This document shows, piece by piece, positions 36,255 through 45,504 of a DNA stretch of 64,000 nucleotides. The stretch is from the NCBI GenBank assembly GCA_964487475.1, contig CAZAPM010000005.1:1-64000 (forward strand). The letters are read 5' to 3'. The DNA is from an uncultured Planctomycetales bacterium. Its GTDB lineage: Bacteria > Omnitrophota > Gorgyraeia > Gygaellales > Profunditerraquicolaceae. Under the pieces are notes generated by a model. That model was not told where the DNA came from, searched no databases, and was given only the letters and a program-made list of their open reading frames with translations. Made by a program: the position numbers and the translations under genes. Each line of letters begins with the position of its first letter. Positions within the stretch are counted from its first letter, which is position 1.

Positions 36255-37742
36255 ATGAAAACATCCTACCCCGCGTATATCGACGGAGCGTTCGTGGAGG
36301 GAGTCTCTTTGCGCCGCGCGCTCGATCCGGCAACGGGTGAGCCGGTCGCGGATGCCGCCTGGCTTTCTCGTGAACAGCTGCTTCAGGCGCTGGCAGGCGC
36401 ACGCCGCGCCGCGGATGAAGGCCCCTGGCGCGCAATCTCATTGAGAGAGCGCAAGGAGTTCCTGCTGCGCATCAGCCGCGGGATACTGGAGCGGGCAGGG
36501 GAGCTCGCGATGCTCGAGACCCTCAATACCGGCAAGCCGCTGAAGGAATCCACCTTCATGGATATCCCTTCCGCTGCCAAAACCTTCGAGCATTTCGCCC
36601 TTCATCTCGAGGAGTACCTGCAGGAGGAATCTCTGCGGCCGGTGGCGCACGCCCAAGGCACGCTAATCCGCCAGCCGCGGGGAGTGGCCCTTCTGATCGT
36701 CCCCTGGAATTATCCTTTGATCATCGCTTCCTGGAAGATGGCATCCGCGCTGGCAGCCGGCAATACGGTGATCCTCAAGCCCTCCAGCCTTACCCCCCTG
36801 ACCGCGCTTGCGTTAGCGGAGATCGTTCACTCCTGCGGCCTGCCTCCGGGTGTCGTGCAGGTCGTCAATGCTTCCGGAGAGGATGTTCAGGAGTGCCTGT
36901 GTGCGGACGCGCGGGTGGACATGATCTCTTTTACCGGCGGGAACGAAGTCGGACGTAAGATCATCGCCTCCAGCGCGCCGCAGGTCAAAAAACTGGTGAT
37001 GGAACTGGGAGGGAAATCCGCGTCCTTAGTCCTGGCGGATGCCGATCTCGAGCTGGCGGTCAACGGCTCCCTTTGTTCGATCTTCCTTAATCAGGGGCAG
37101 ATGTGCACGGCGATGTCCCGTATCTTCGTGCAGGAGAAGGTGTATGAGCCTTTCCTGAAAGATTTTGCCGCGAAAGCTTCCCGGATCGTGCTGGGGAAAG
37201 GGATCGACGCGCAGACCCAGATGGGCCCGCTGATCTCGCGGGAGCAGAGGGAGAGGGTCCAGGCGTTCGTGGCTCAGGCCCAAAAAGAAGGGGCGAAGGT
37301 GGTTTGCGGAGGATGCGTTCCGCGATCGCCGGAACTGGCAAAGGGGTTTTTCTTCGAGCCTACGGTCCTCTCGGGGGTGACGTCCCAAATGCAGGCGTTC
37401 CGGGAGGAGGTGTTCGGCCCGGTGGTGTGCGTGGGGAAGTTCTCGACGATAGAAGAAGGTATTGCCCTGGCGAACGCCTCGGAGTTCGGATTGGCCAGTT
37501 GCGTGTGGAGCGCGAACACGCATGCCGCGGAGGAGATCGGCCGGCGCATCGATGCCGGCCTGACGTGGATCAACACCTACGGGATGTTCTATGACGCGCT
37601 TTCCTACGGAGGGTTCAAGCAAAGCGGCTTCGGCTATGAGCTTGGCCGCGCAGGGTTCCTCGAGTATACCCGCCTTAAAACGATCGTCACCGACCGTACC
37701 GAGGGCGCCAAGCCTTTGGTCAACTACTGGTACGGATTCTAG
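36255..37742 (+). CDS. NAD(P)-dependent aldehyde dehydrogenase
   Basis: 'VPWNYP', 'FTGG', 'MELGGKS', 'NQGQMC', 'EEVFGPV', 'GGFKQSG'. Confidence 0.95.
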   Translation: MKTSYPAYIDGAFVEGVSLRRALDPATGEPVADAAWLSREQLLQALAGARRAADEGPWRAISLRERKEFLLRISRGILERAGELAMLETLNTGKPLKESTFMDIPSAAKTFEHFALHLEEYLQEESLRPVAHAQGTLIRQPRGVALLIVPWNYPLIIASWKMASALAAGNTVILKPSSLTPLTALALAEIVHSCGLPPGVVQVVNASGEDVQECLCADARVDMISFTGGNEVGRKIIASSAPQVKKLVMELGGKSASLVLADADLELAVNGSLCSIFLNQGQMCTAMSRIFVQEKVYEPFLKDFAAKASRIVLGKGIDAQTQMGPLISREQRERVQAFVAQAQKEGAKVVCGGCVPRSPELAKGFFFEPTVLSGVTSQMQAFREEVFGPVVCVGKFSTIEEGIALANASEFGLASCVWSANTHAAEEIGRRIDAGLTWINTYGMFYDALSYGGFKQSGFGYELGRAGFLEYTRLKTIVTDRTEGAKPLVNYWYGF

Positions 37743-38779
37743 CGCGATTCCAGGCTTTTGATCCCGTATAACTGGAGCAGGTCATTGACGTTGGTGGTTT
37801 TGACGTCAAACCCTCCCGCGTCCGATGAGGGCAGCAGGATGATGCGTTTGCCCTGAAGCGCTTCCGCGAGCTTGAGCTTGACCATGGTGCGCCCGCCGCT
37901 GTTGGTCAGGGCGTCGACCATCTTTTCGATACCCTTGGCTTCGGCCTGTCCTTCCGTCTCGATGGCTTTCGCGATCATGCCCTGCTGGGCGAAATAGGCA
38001 TCGGCCTCGATCTTGGCTTTGGCGAACTCTCCGTCGGCATCCGCGGTCATCTTGTTGACCTCTCCCTGCGCCTGTTGCATGCGCTGCAGGTACTCCTCCA
38101 CCGTGGCTTTCACTTCAGATTTGAAGCGTTCCGCCATCTGGTCCGCGATCTTTTTCTCCTCGATGGCTTTCTGGTAGGAGGGGTTGAACCGGTAATCCTT
38201 CGGCAGGACATTTTCTACGATCACCCCGTAGGGGTTGAGGAGTTCGTTGAGCACGTTCTTGACCGCCTCGGCTTTTTCGGTGCGCTTGTTGGCGACATAG
38301 AAATCCTCGGTCTTCAGTGCGCCGAAGAGTTCCCGGGTGACGTTGCGGCTGATGGGGCGTACCAGCTTTTCCTCAAGCTCGGGGCTGCTCTGGGCCAGCG
38401 TTTGCAGGATGACCGGCGCTTTTTCCGGAAGGATGCGGTAGGCTAAAATGACATCCAGGGCGATATCGTTGCCGTCGATGGTCTTGAACACCAGGTCGTC
38501 CCTTCCCAGTCGTGAGCCGCGGTTGTTGGCGGTCATCTCCATATTCTGCAGCTTGGTGTCGAAGGTGTACCATTCGTTGATGACGGGAGGAAAGAAGTAG
38601 GTGGCGCCGGGAGCGTAGATCTTCTGCTCGATCCCGGATTTCGCGAGCGGGGACCATTTGATCACCCGCACTCCCACTTCCGTGGACCTGGTGCTGTGGG
38701 GGAAGAACGCCAGCATGACCACGAGTCCGACGAGGAGGATGCCGCCGATCCCTCCGAAGATGGCTTTGAGTTTGTTCAT
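37739..38779 (-). CDS. SPFH/prohibitin (HflK/C-like) membrane protein
   Basis: N-terminal TM, band-7 domain ('FKTIDGNDIALDV'), Ala/Glu-rich coiled coil. Confidence 0.85.
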   Translation of the reverse strand: MNKLKAIFGGIGGILLVGLVVMLAFFPHSTRSTEVGVRVIKWSPLAKSGIEQKIYAPGATYFFPPVINEWYTFDTKLQNMEMTANNRGSRLGRDDLVFKTIDGNDIALDVILAYRILPEKAPVILQTLAQSSPELEEKLVRPISRNVTRELFGALKTEDFYVANKRTEKAEAVKNVLNELLNPYGVIVENVLPKDYRFNPSYQKAIEEKKIADQMAERFKSEVKATVEEYLQRMQQAQGEVNKMTADADGEFAKAKIEADAYFAQQGMIAKAIETEGQAEAKGIEKMVDALTNSGGRTMVKLKLAEALQGKRIILLPSSDAGGFDVKTTNVNDLLQLYGIKSLESR

Positions 38780-38782
38780 GGC

Positions 38783-39865
38783 TTATTCCTTTCCCTGGTC
38801 GATGCCGAACATGCGCAATGAGTTCTCGAGATTGAGCGGGTTGATCCCGTATTGTCCGCTCGAAGGCAGCACGATCACCTCCAGCCCCCGGTACACTTCC
38901 GCCATGCTCAATCCCACCAGCTTGTCGGACCCCTTGCGCTGATATGCCTGATTGATGAGTTCGGTCTTTTGCGCTTCCGCCAGCTTGACCATGAGGTTCG
39001 CTTCGGCGTTCTTGGTGCGCACGTAGAGGTCTTTTTCCGCCATCTTCCTGGTGACGTAGGCGTGGCCTTCCTGGAGCTTGACCTTGACGTTGGCCTCGCC
39101 CTCCTGGCGCACTTTCTTCACCAGCGCTTCCTCTCCCGAGGCTTTGGCTTTGGACTGGTTGGTGAACACCATCTGGTCTTTAAGTTTCTTCTCTTCGATG
39201 TTGCGCTGGATCTCGTCGCTGTAGACGAAATACCGCACCAGCACATGATCGATCTCGATGCCTTTGGGGTTGAGCTCGGCATTGAGCAGCTTCTTCGCCA
39301 GCTCGGATTTTTCCACCCGCAGCGGGGAATTGTAGAACTCTTCGGTGGTCAGCTCTCCCAGGGATTCCTTGAGCTTCGGCTCCACCTTGGGGATGATCCC
39401 GTTATCCTCGAAGAGACGGCCCGGGCCTAAGGTGGTGATGACCTTATAAGGGTCGGTGATGTGAAAGAGGATGCTTACGTCGACGGTAACGAAGAACCCG
39501 TCCGAGGTCTGGATGTAAGCGGCTTTTGCCCGGCGGGCGTGTTTGGCCGCGGATTCGGAGTAGTTGGTCAGTTCGAAGACCTGCAGGTCCTTGGGGAAGC
39601 GGTGCATGACCTCCATGCCGAAAGGCATCAGGATGTGCAGGCCGGTCTGATAGACGGTGGGGTGGATCCCGGTCTTCAACCCGATGTTGACCTGCTTGAT
39701 CCCGTATTCGTTGGGTTTGATGTAGACGAGGAAGGAGGATAAAAAGAACGCCAGCAGCAGTATCGGTACCAACGGCAGAAGCACGGATGAAACGAAATTC
39801 CTGACCGAGGAAGACAGCGCTTCTCCGGCTTTTTCGGCAGCGGAATCCCAATCGTTCCTGGGCAT
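38783..39865 (-). CDS. SPFH/prohibitin (HflK/C-like) membrane protein
   Basis: AGGAGG SD before MPRNDW; 'IQTSDGFFVTVDVSI'; paralog of the neighbouring gene. Confidence 0.85.
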   Translation of the reverse strand: MPRNDWDSAAEKAGEALSSSVRNFVSSVLLPLVPILLLAFFLSSFLVYIKPNEYGIKQVNIGLKTGIHPTVYQTGLHILMPFGMEVMHRFPKDLQVFELTNYSESAAKHARRAKAAYIQTSDGFFVTVDVSILFHITDPYKVITTLGPGRLFEDNGIIPKVEPKLKESLGELTTEEFYNSPLRVEKSELAKKLLNAELNPKGIEIDHVLVRYFVYSDEIQRNIEEKKLKDQMVFTNQSKAKASGEEALVKKVRQEGEANVKVKLQEGHAYVTRKMAEKDLYVRTKNAEANLMVKLAEAQKTELINQAYQRKGSDKLVGLSMAEVYRGLEVIVLPSSGQYGINPLNLENSLRMFGIDQGKE

Positions 39866-39989
39866 AGAGCCTCCTTGCGTAGAAGACGCAACACCGGCCA
39901 CTCTGATGAGGCCGGGTGTGGATTCGTATCTATTGTCGAAATTGATTATAGGGGGGGAAAGCATTCCCGGTCAAGCTGGAATTAATGTC

Positions 39990-40019
39990 TTGACAGTGCC
40001 CGTTGGGTGCGGGTACAAT
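39990..40019 (+). promoter_or_regulatory. sigma70 promoter, probable leaderless transcript
   Basis: TTGACA-N18-TACAAT ending 7 nt before ATG 40027; no SD. Confidence 0.6.
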
Positions 40020-40026
40020 TCAGCAT

Positions 40027-41529
40027 ATGGATGTCATTTCACTGCTTACACAAAGAGCGAAGGAATCTGCCGATAAGCCGGCGTTCGTTTCCCGGGAGGG
40101 GGTGCTGACCTTTGCCCATCTTCGGGACAGGGTCTTCTCCGCCTGCGAGGGGCTGCGGGAACTCGGGGTCAAAAAGGGCGACCGGGTCGCGTTGTACCTT
40201 CCGACGTGGACCGAGTATGTCATCAGCTACCTGGCGGTCTGGTGTTGCCAGGCTACGGCCGTGCCCCTGGATTTCATGTTGACCTCCGACGAGCTTGAGT
40301 CCTGCATCAGGCATTGCGAAGCCTCCGTGCTCATCGCCAAGCCCAAGGCCTCGGTTTCCCTGTCCGAGCTTAAGTCCCGTTGCGCCAGCCTTACCGCGGT
40401 GGTTTCCTGCGAGCACGGGGCGGAAGAGGAGCGGGGGCTGGTGTTCTCCCGGCTGCTGGAGCATGCTCCGGCGCGCCTGCAGGGGGCGGCGGATCCGAAG
40501 GCTACCGCCATAATCTTCTATACTTCCGGCACCACCGGCAAGCCCAAGGGGGTGCTTATCAACTACCGGCAATTGAGCGCCCCTCCGGAGGCGATGAAGC
40601 ATTTCGTGGATTTGACGGAGAAGGACGTGACGGTCTGCGCGCTGCCCTTTTCCCATCTGGGCGGGCTTATCTATATCCAGAACTGCCTTTCTTTCGGGAT
40701 GACCGTGGTGCTGATGGAGCGGTTCATCCCCCTGGAATTCCTTAAGCTGGTCTCCCAGCACCGGGCCACGTGTTTCTGGATCGTGCCTTCCATGTATTAC
40801 GCCATGCTGCAGCTCAAGGAGTTCGAGACCTTCGACCTTTCCTCCCTGCGTTGGATCGTCACCTTCGGGGCTTCCAATTCACCCGATGCGCTGCGCCGGT
40901 TCCAGCAGTATTGTCCTCAGGCGCATCTTCTGAACGGATGGGGGTTGACGGAGACCAATGCGCCTACTACCGTCATCCCGCTGGGCTCGAAGAAGATCGA
41001 AAGCGTAGGCCGTCCTGCGCCCTGGGTCGAGGTCAAAGTGTTCGGTGACGACGGGGGGGAAGTTCCCGTCTCCGGCGTGGGGGAAGTGGCGGTACGCGGC
41101 TGGGTGGTGACCGAAGGGTATTATAAGGACCCGGCGTTGACCTCCGAAACGATCCGCAAAGGATGGTTCTATACCGGGGACCTGGGCCGGTTCGATGCCG
41201 AAGGGGACCTTTACATCGTCGGCAGAAAAAAGGAGATGATCAAGGTCGCCGGGGAGATCGTCTTCGAGCCGGAGGTGGAGGCGGCCATTCACCGCCATCC
41301 TGACGTGGCGGAAGCCGCCGTCGTCGGGGTGCCGGATAAGATGCGCGGCGAGGTGCCGAAGGCCTTTGTCGCCTGCAAGGAGGGCAAGTCCCTTTCCGAG
41401 GAGGACCTGCGCGCGTTCCTGCGCCAGTCCCTCGCGCATTTCAAGGTCCCGCATTATTTTGTGTTCCTGCCGTCATTGCCTAAGAACCGCACCGGCAAAG
41501 TGGATAAAGCGCAGCTGCGCGCAGGGTAG
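40027..41529 (+). CDS. Acyl-CoA ligase (class I adenylate-forming enzyme)
   Basis: 'YTSGTTGKPKG', 'GWGLTET', 'YTGDLG', 'GRKKEMI', 'LPKNRTGKVDK'. Confidence 0.93.
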   Translation: MDVISLLTQRAKESADKPAFVSREGVLTFAHLRDRVFSACEGLRELGVKKGDRVALYLPTWTEYVISYLAVWCCQATAVPLDFMLTSDELESCIRHCEASVLIAKPKASVSLSELKSRCASLTAVVSCEHGAEEERGLVFSRLLEHAPARLQGAADPKATAIIFYTSGTTGKPKGVLINYRQLSAPPEAMKHFVDLTEKDVTVCALPFSHLGGLIYIQNCLSFGMTVVLMERFIPLEFLKLVSQHRATCFWIVPSMYYAMLQLKEFETFDLSSLRWIVTFGASNSPDALRRFQQYCPQAHLLNGWGLTETNAPTTVIPLGSKKIESVGRPAPWVEVKVFGDDGGEVPVSGVGEVAVRGWVVTEGYYKDPALTSETIRKGWFYTGDLGRFDAEGDLYIVGRKKEMIKVAGEIVFEPEVEAAIHRHPDVAEAAVVGVPDKMRGEVPKAFVACKEGKSLSEEDLRAFLRQSLAHFKVPHYFVFLPSLPKNRTGKVDKAQLRAG

Positions 41530-41536
41530 GCGCGGC

Positions 41537-42862
41537 ATGAAACGAGGCGCGGTCCGGGAAAGCCTGCGGGTAAGCACCTGGGACGGGATGTTCGCCTCCT
41601 GTACCGCCGGCCTGACCAGTGATTATATCGCTCCTTATGCCCTGGCGCTGGGAGCTTCCACCAGTCAGATCGGGGTATTGACCGCGGTTCCCAGCCTGGC
41701 CGCGTCTTCGCTGCAGCTTGCCTCCGCGCACCTTTCCGAGAAGATCGGAAGCCGCAAGAAGGTCGTGCTGTTCTTTGTCCTGCTGCATGCGCTGTTCGGT
41801 ATCCCCATACTCCTGGTGCCGTATGTTTCTCCGGCCGGCATGGCGGTCCCGCTGCTGATCGGGCTGGTCACGCTTTTCGCCACCTGCAATGCCTGCGCGT
41901 CCCCGGCCTGGGCCGGGCTGATGTCGGAGTATATCCCCCGTTCGATGCGGGGGAAGTTCTTCGGCTGGAGAAGCCGGATCATGGTCCTGGTCACGGTGGG
42001 AGCTTCCCTCGTCTCGGGGATGATCCTGCATTTTTCGCGGCAGCGGGTGCTGCGCGGGTTCGCCGTGATCTTCCTGCTGGCGGTTGTCTGCCGCGTGATT
42101 TCCTGGTACTTCCTCACCCGGATGTATGAGCCGGCATACCGGGTGCGCCGGGAAGCGTATTTCAGTTTTTACGATTTTATCCGGAGGGCCAGAGGGTCGA
42201 ATTTCGCGCGGTTCGTGCTTTTTTCCGCGGCGTTCATCTTTTGCGTCAACCTGGCCTCCCCGTTCTTTTCCGTCTTCATGCTGCGGGACCTTAAGTTCAA
42301 CTACCTGACCTTTACGTTGATCACGCTGACCGCGACCCTGGCGCAGGTGGTGGCCATGTCCCGCTGGGGGATGCATGCGGATAAAGTAGGCAACGTCAAG
42401 GTGATCCGGGTCACTTCCGTGCTGATCGCCAGCCTTCCTTTATGGTGGGTGATCAGCCAGCATCCGCTGATGCTTTTTTTCGCCCAGGTGCTTTCCGGGT
42501 TCGCCTGGGCCGGGTTCAATCTGTGCGCCACCAATTTCATCTACGACGCGGTGACCCCTCAGAAACGGGTGCGGTGCATCGCCTATTACAATCTGTTCAT
42601 CGGCCTGGCGACCTTTGCCGGAGCGTTGACCGGGGGCATGCTGGCGGCGCATCTGCCCGACCTTTTCGGATACCGCCTGCTTTCGCTTTTCGTGCTGGCA
42701 GGGATGTGCCGGTACGCGGTGGCCAGGATATTCCTGACGAGGATCCGCGAAGTGCGCAGCGCCCAGGAGATCTCCAGCCGGGACCTGTTCTACAGCGTGA
42801 TCGGGATCAGGCCCTTTTTGAACTATGCGCCCATATCGCGGCAGGAACCGGAGGAGGAATGA
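41537..42862 (+). CDS. MFS transporter
   Basis: Multiple TMs; 'LSEKIGSRKK', 'RGKFFG', 'WGMHADKVGN'. Confidence 0.85.
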   Translation: MKRGAVRESLRVSTWDGMFASCTAGLTSDYIAPYALALGASTSQIGVLTAVPSLAASSLQLASAHLSEKIGSRKKVVLFFVLLHALFGIPILLVPYVSPAGMAVPLLIGLVTLFATCNACASPAWAGLMSEYIPRSMRGKFFGWRSRIMVLVTVGASLVSGMILHFSRQRVLRGFAVIFLLAVVCRVISWYFLTRMYEPAYRVRREAYFSFYDFIRRARGSNFARFVLFSAAFIFCVNLASPFFSVFMLRDLKFNYLTFTLITLTATLAQVVAMSRWGMHADKVGNVKVIRVTSVLIASLPLWWVISQHPLMLFFAQVLSGFAWAGFNLCATNFIYDAVTPQKRVRCIAYYNLFIGLATFAGALTGGMLAAHLPDLFGYRLLSLFVLAGMCRYAVARIFLTRIREVRSAQEISSRDLFYSVIGIRPFLNYAPISRQEPEEE

Positions 42863-43905
42863 GCAAGATCGAGCTTTTCGGGGTGCTGCTGCCCGAACTG
42901 GAAACACAGGTCGTGGAGTGGGGGTATAAGAAATTCTTCGCCCGGACGATCCTGGAGTGGATCTATCAAAAAGGCGTGTATGATTTTGCGCGCATGAGCA
43001 GCCTTCCGGAGACCCTGCGGCAGGTCCTGCGGGAGAACTGCCGGATCGCCCTGCCGGACCGGGTAAAGGTCTCCCGCTCCCAGGACGGGACCGCCAAGAT
43101 GCTTTTCGCGCTGGAGGACGGGCAGGCGATCGAGGCGGTGAGCATCCCGGCCAAAGGCAGGCATACGGGGTGTATTTCCAGCCAGGTGGGATGCAAGTTC
43201 GGGTGCTCGTTTTGCGCCAGCGGCATTTCGGGGTTCGTGAGGAATCTTTCGGCCGGGGAGATCGTGGCCGAGGTCATGGGCCTGCAGCGTCAGGCCGGTG
43301 AGAGGCTGACGCATCTGGTGTTCATGGGTACCGGAGAGCCGCTGGACAATTATGCGCAGGTGCTCAAGGCCATCCGCATCCTTAATGCTCCCTACGGCGC
43401 GGGTATCGGCGCGCGCCGGATCACTATCTCCACCTGCGGGGTGGTGCCGGGGATCCTGGCGCTGGCCAAGGAAGGGCTGCAGGTCGAGCTTTCCGTTTCC
43501 CTGCACGCCTCGGACGACGAGACCCGTTCCCGGCTGCTCCCGGTCAACAGGAAGTATCCGTTGACGCACCTGCTGGATGCATGCGCGTATTACAGCGAGG
43601 CCACCAACCGGCAGGTGACGTTCGAGTATATTCTGATCCAGGGAGTCAATGCGGATTTGCGCAGTGCGAAGAATTTGAGTATACTGTTGAAGAAGCTGCG
43701 GCTGCCCAAGGTGAACCTGATCCCGGCAAATCCCGTGCCGCAGCTGCATATCCACCCGCCGTCGGCAAAAGAGGTGCGCGGCTTTATCGGCGAACTGGAA
43801 GCCGCCCGCATCCCGGTCACGGTGCGCCGTTCCCGGGGAGCGGATATCGATGCCGCCTGCGGGCAGCTGAGGCTTTCCTATGAGAAAAAAGAGCGGTCTG
43901 CATAA
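42859..43905 (+). CDS. rlmN: Dual-specificity RNA methyltransferase RlmN
   Basis: GGAGGAGG SD; 'CISSQVGCKFGCSFC', 'MGTGEPLDN', 'VSLHA', 'DIDAACGQL'. Confidence 0.92.
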   Translation: MSKIELFGVLLPELETQVVEWGYKKFFARTILEWIYQKGVYDFARMSSLPETLRQVLRENCRIALPDRVKVSRSQDGTAKMLFALEDGQAIEAVSIPAKGRHTGCISSQVGCKFGCSFCASGISGFVRNLSAGEIVAEVMGLQRQAGERLTHLVFMGTGEPLDNYAQVLKAIRILNAPYGAGIGARRITISTCGVVPGILALAKEGLQVELSVSLHASDDETRSRLLPVNRKYPLTHLLDACAYYSEATNRQVTFEYILIQGVNADLRSAKNLSILLKKLRLPKVNLIPANPVPQLHIHPPSAKEVRGFIGELEAARIPVTVRRSRGADIDAACGQLRLSYEKKERSA

Positions 43906-44566
43906 GTACTTCGTGCTCCTGGCGGTGTGCGCCCTGCTGGTGGCGGCGGTGCAGGCGCTGGTATCCTTCCGGCCGCTGCCCGTCAAGAACCTCGGCGCAT
44001 CCGGCCGCACCATCGTGTGTTTCGGCGACAGCCTGACCTTCGGCTACGGAGTGGAGGAAGGGGAGAGTTATCCCGCGAGGCTGGCCGCGCTTACCGGCAC
44101 GGAGGTGATCAACTCCGGGATCGACGGGAATACCTCTTTGGACGCTTTGGGCAGGATCGAGGAGGACGTGCTGCGTCATGATCCGAAACTGGTGATCATC
44201 GGTTTCGGGGGGAACGATTTTTTAAAGCAGGTGCCGCGGGACCAGTCCGTGTCCAATATCCGCGCCATGATCGCGCGGGTGCAGGAGAAGGGGGCTATGG
44301 TGGCGGTGCTGGATGTGAGCGCGGGGTTCTTCCTCAAGGACTACCGGGTGGCCTACGAGCAGCTGGCGCGGGAAAGCGGCGCCATTTTCATTCCGGATGC
44401 CTTCCACGGCATCCTGACCAATCCCTCATTGAAAAGCGACTTCGTGCATCCGAACGCCAGGGGGTATCAGCTGGTGGCCCAGCGGGTGTACCGCAGCATC
44501 GTGCATTACCTTTACGGAGCACCCCAGGCCGCGCGCACGAGCCCTGCCGCCGCTCCTTCGTCCTAA
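43880..44566 (+). CDS. GDSL/SGNH esterase (arylesterase/TesA-like)
   Basis: 'FGDSLT', 'GGND', 'DFVHPN'. Confidence 0.9.
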   Translation: MRKKSGLHKYFVLLAVCALLVAAVQALVSFRPLPVKNLGASGRTIVCFGDSLTFGYGVEEGESYPARLAALTGTEVINSGIDGNTSLDALGRIEEDVLRHDPKLVIIGFGGNDFLKQVPRDQSVSNIRAMIARVQEKGAMVAVLDVSAGFFLKDYRVAYEQLARESGAIFIPDAFHGILTNPSLKSDFVHPNARGYQLVAQRVYRSIVHYLYGAPQAARTSPAAAPSS

Positions 44567-45492
44567 TCGATCCGTTTGTCCTTGACGTAACTGCTGGTGT
44601 CTTTGGTCTTGGCGTAGGACTTGAGCTCCGCGCCGATCTCGCCGATCTGGGCCACATGTTCGATCTTGCGCGATTCGTTGGTCACGACGCCGATCGAGAT
44701 GGAGAGCAGGCCGAAGCGCTGTTCGTGGCCCTTGCGGTCGAATCCGACGATATATCCGTTCTTGCGGTCGGTCTCGTTGTAGAACTCCGGCGCGGTGGCG
44801 TCGAAATCCTCGATGACCTTCTGGCAGAGGAGGTCGGAAACTTCCGGCGTGGTGACGATCACGTAATCGTCCCCGCCGATGTGCCCGATAAAATCGTCGG
44901 GGTTCCCGGTCTTCTGCACCTGGCGGATGAGGATACGCGCGGTCTCCCGGATCACCTCATCCCCGTGTTTGAACCCGTATTTGTCATTGTAGGATTTGAA
45001 TTTGTTGAGATCGATGTAGCAGACCGCGAAGAGGAGCTTGTTCTCGATGCGGCGGGTGATCTCGTTCATGATCGAGACGTTGCCGGGAAGCCGGGTCAAG
45101 GGATTGGCTTCCAGGTCGCGCTGGGTGCGCCGCAGGATCATGCGGATGCGGGCCAGCAGTTCCTTGGGCTCGAAAGGCTTGACCACGTAATCATCGGCTC
45201 CCGCGTCGATGCCCCCTACCCGGTCGTTGATGTCCCCCTTGCCGGTGACCATGATCACGGGCAGATGCTGCAGCAGCAGGTCCTTTTTCACCCGGCGGCA
45301 TACTTCTCTTCCGTCGATCTTCGGCATCTTGTAGTCGACCAGCACCAGGTCCAGGGGCTTGCTGTTGATGATCTTCAGTGCCGCTTCCCCGTCCTCGGCC
45401 TCGAGCACTTCGTAATTCTCCTCCGAAAGGGTCAATGAAAGTACATCCCGGATATCGGGGTCGTCGTCAACGATGAGTATACGTGCTGCCAT
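44563..45492 (-). CDS. Response regulator with GGDEF-type diguanylate cyclase domain
   Basis: REC domain ('ILIVDDD', 'DYKMP', 'KPF') plus 'NPLTRLPGN', 'FKSYNDKYG...GDEVI', 'GGDDY'. Confidence 0.88.
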   Translation of the reverse strand: MAARILIVDDDPDIRDVLSLTLSEENYEVLEAEDGEAALKIINSKPLDLVLVDYKMPKIDGREVCRRVKKDLLLQHLPVIMVTGKGDINDRVGGIDAGADDYVVKPFEPKELLARIRMILRRTQRDLEANPLTRLPGNVSIMNEITRRIENKLLFAVCYIDLNKFKSYNDKYGFKHGDEVIRETARILIRQVQKTGNPDDFIGHIGGDDYVIVTTPEVSDLLCQKVIEDFDATAPEFYNETDRKNGYIVGFDRKGHEQRFGLLSISIGVVTNESRKIEHVAQIGEIGAELKSYAKTKDTSSYVKDKRID

Positions 45493-45504
45493 ACGGTCTC
45501 CTTG

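Noticed and set aside
33554..37742. Complete fluoroacetate or halometabolite pathway
   Set aside because: No SAM-dependent halogenase (fluorinase/chlorinase family) is recognisable in the window.
42859..43905. Cfr-type resistance methyltransferase protecting against the polyketide
   Set aside because: Motifs and the C-terminal 'DIDAACGQL' fit housekeeping RlmN; nothing visible singles it out as Cfr, though a phylogeny would be needed to be sure.
44563..45492. Hypr-type cGAMP-forming GGDEF enzyme
   Set aside because: The base-specifying Asp in 'GDEVI' is retained, whereas Hypr enzymes have Ser/Thr there.
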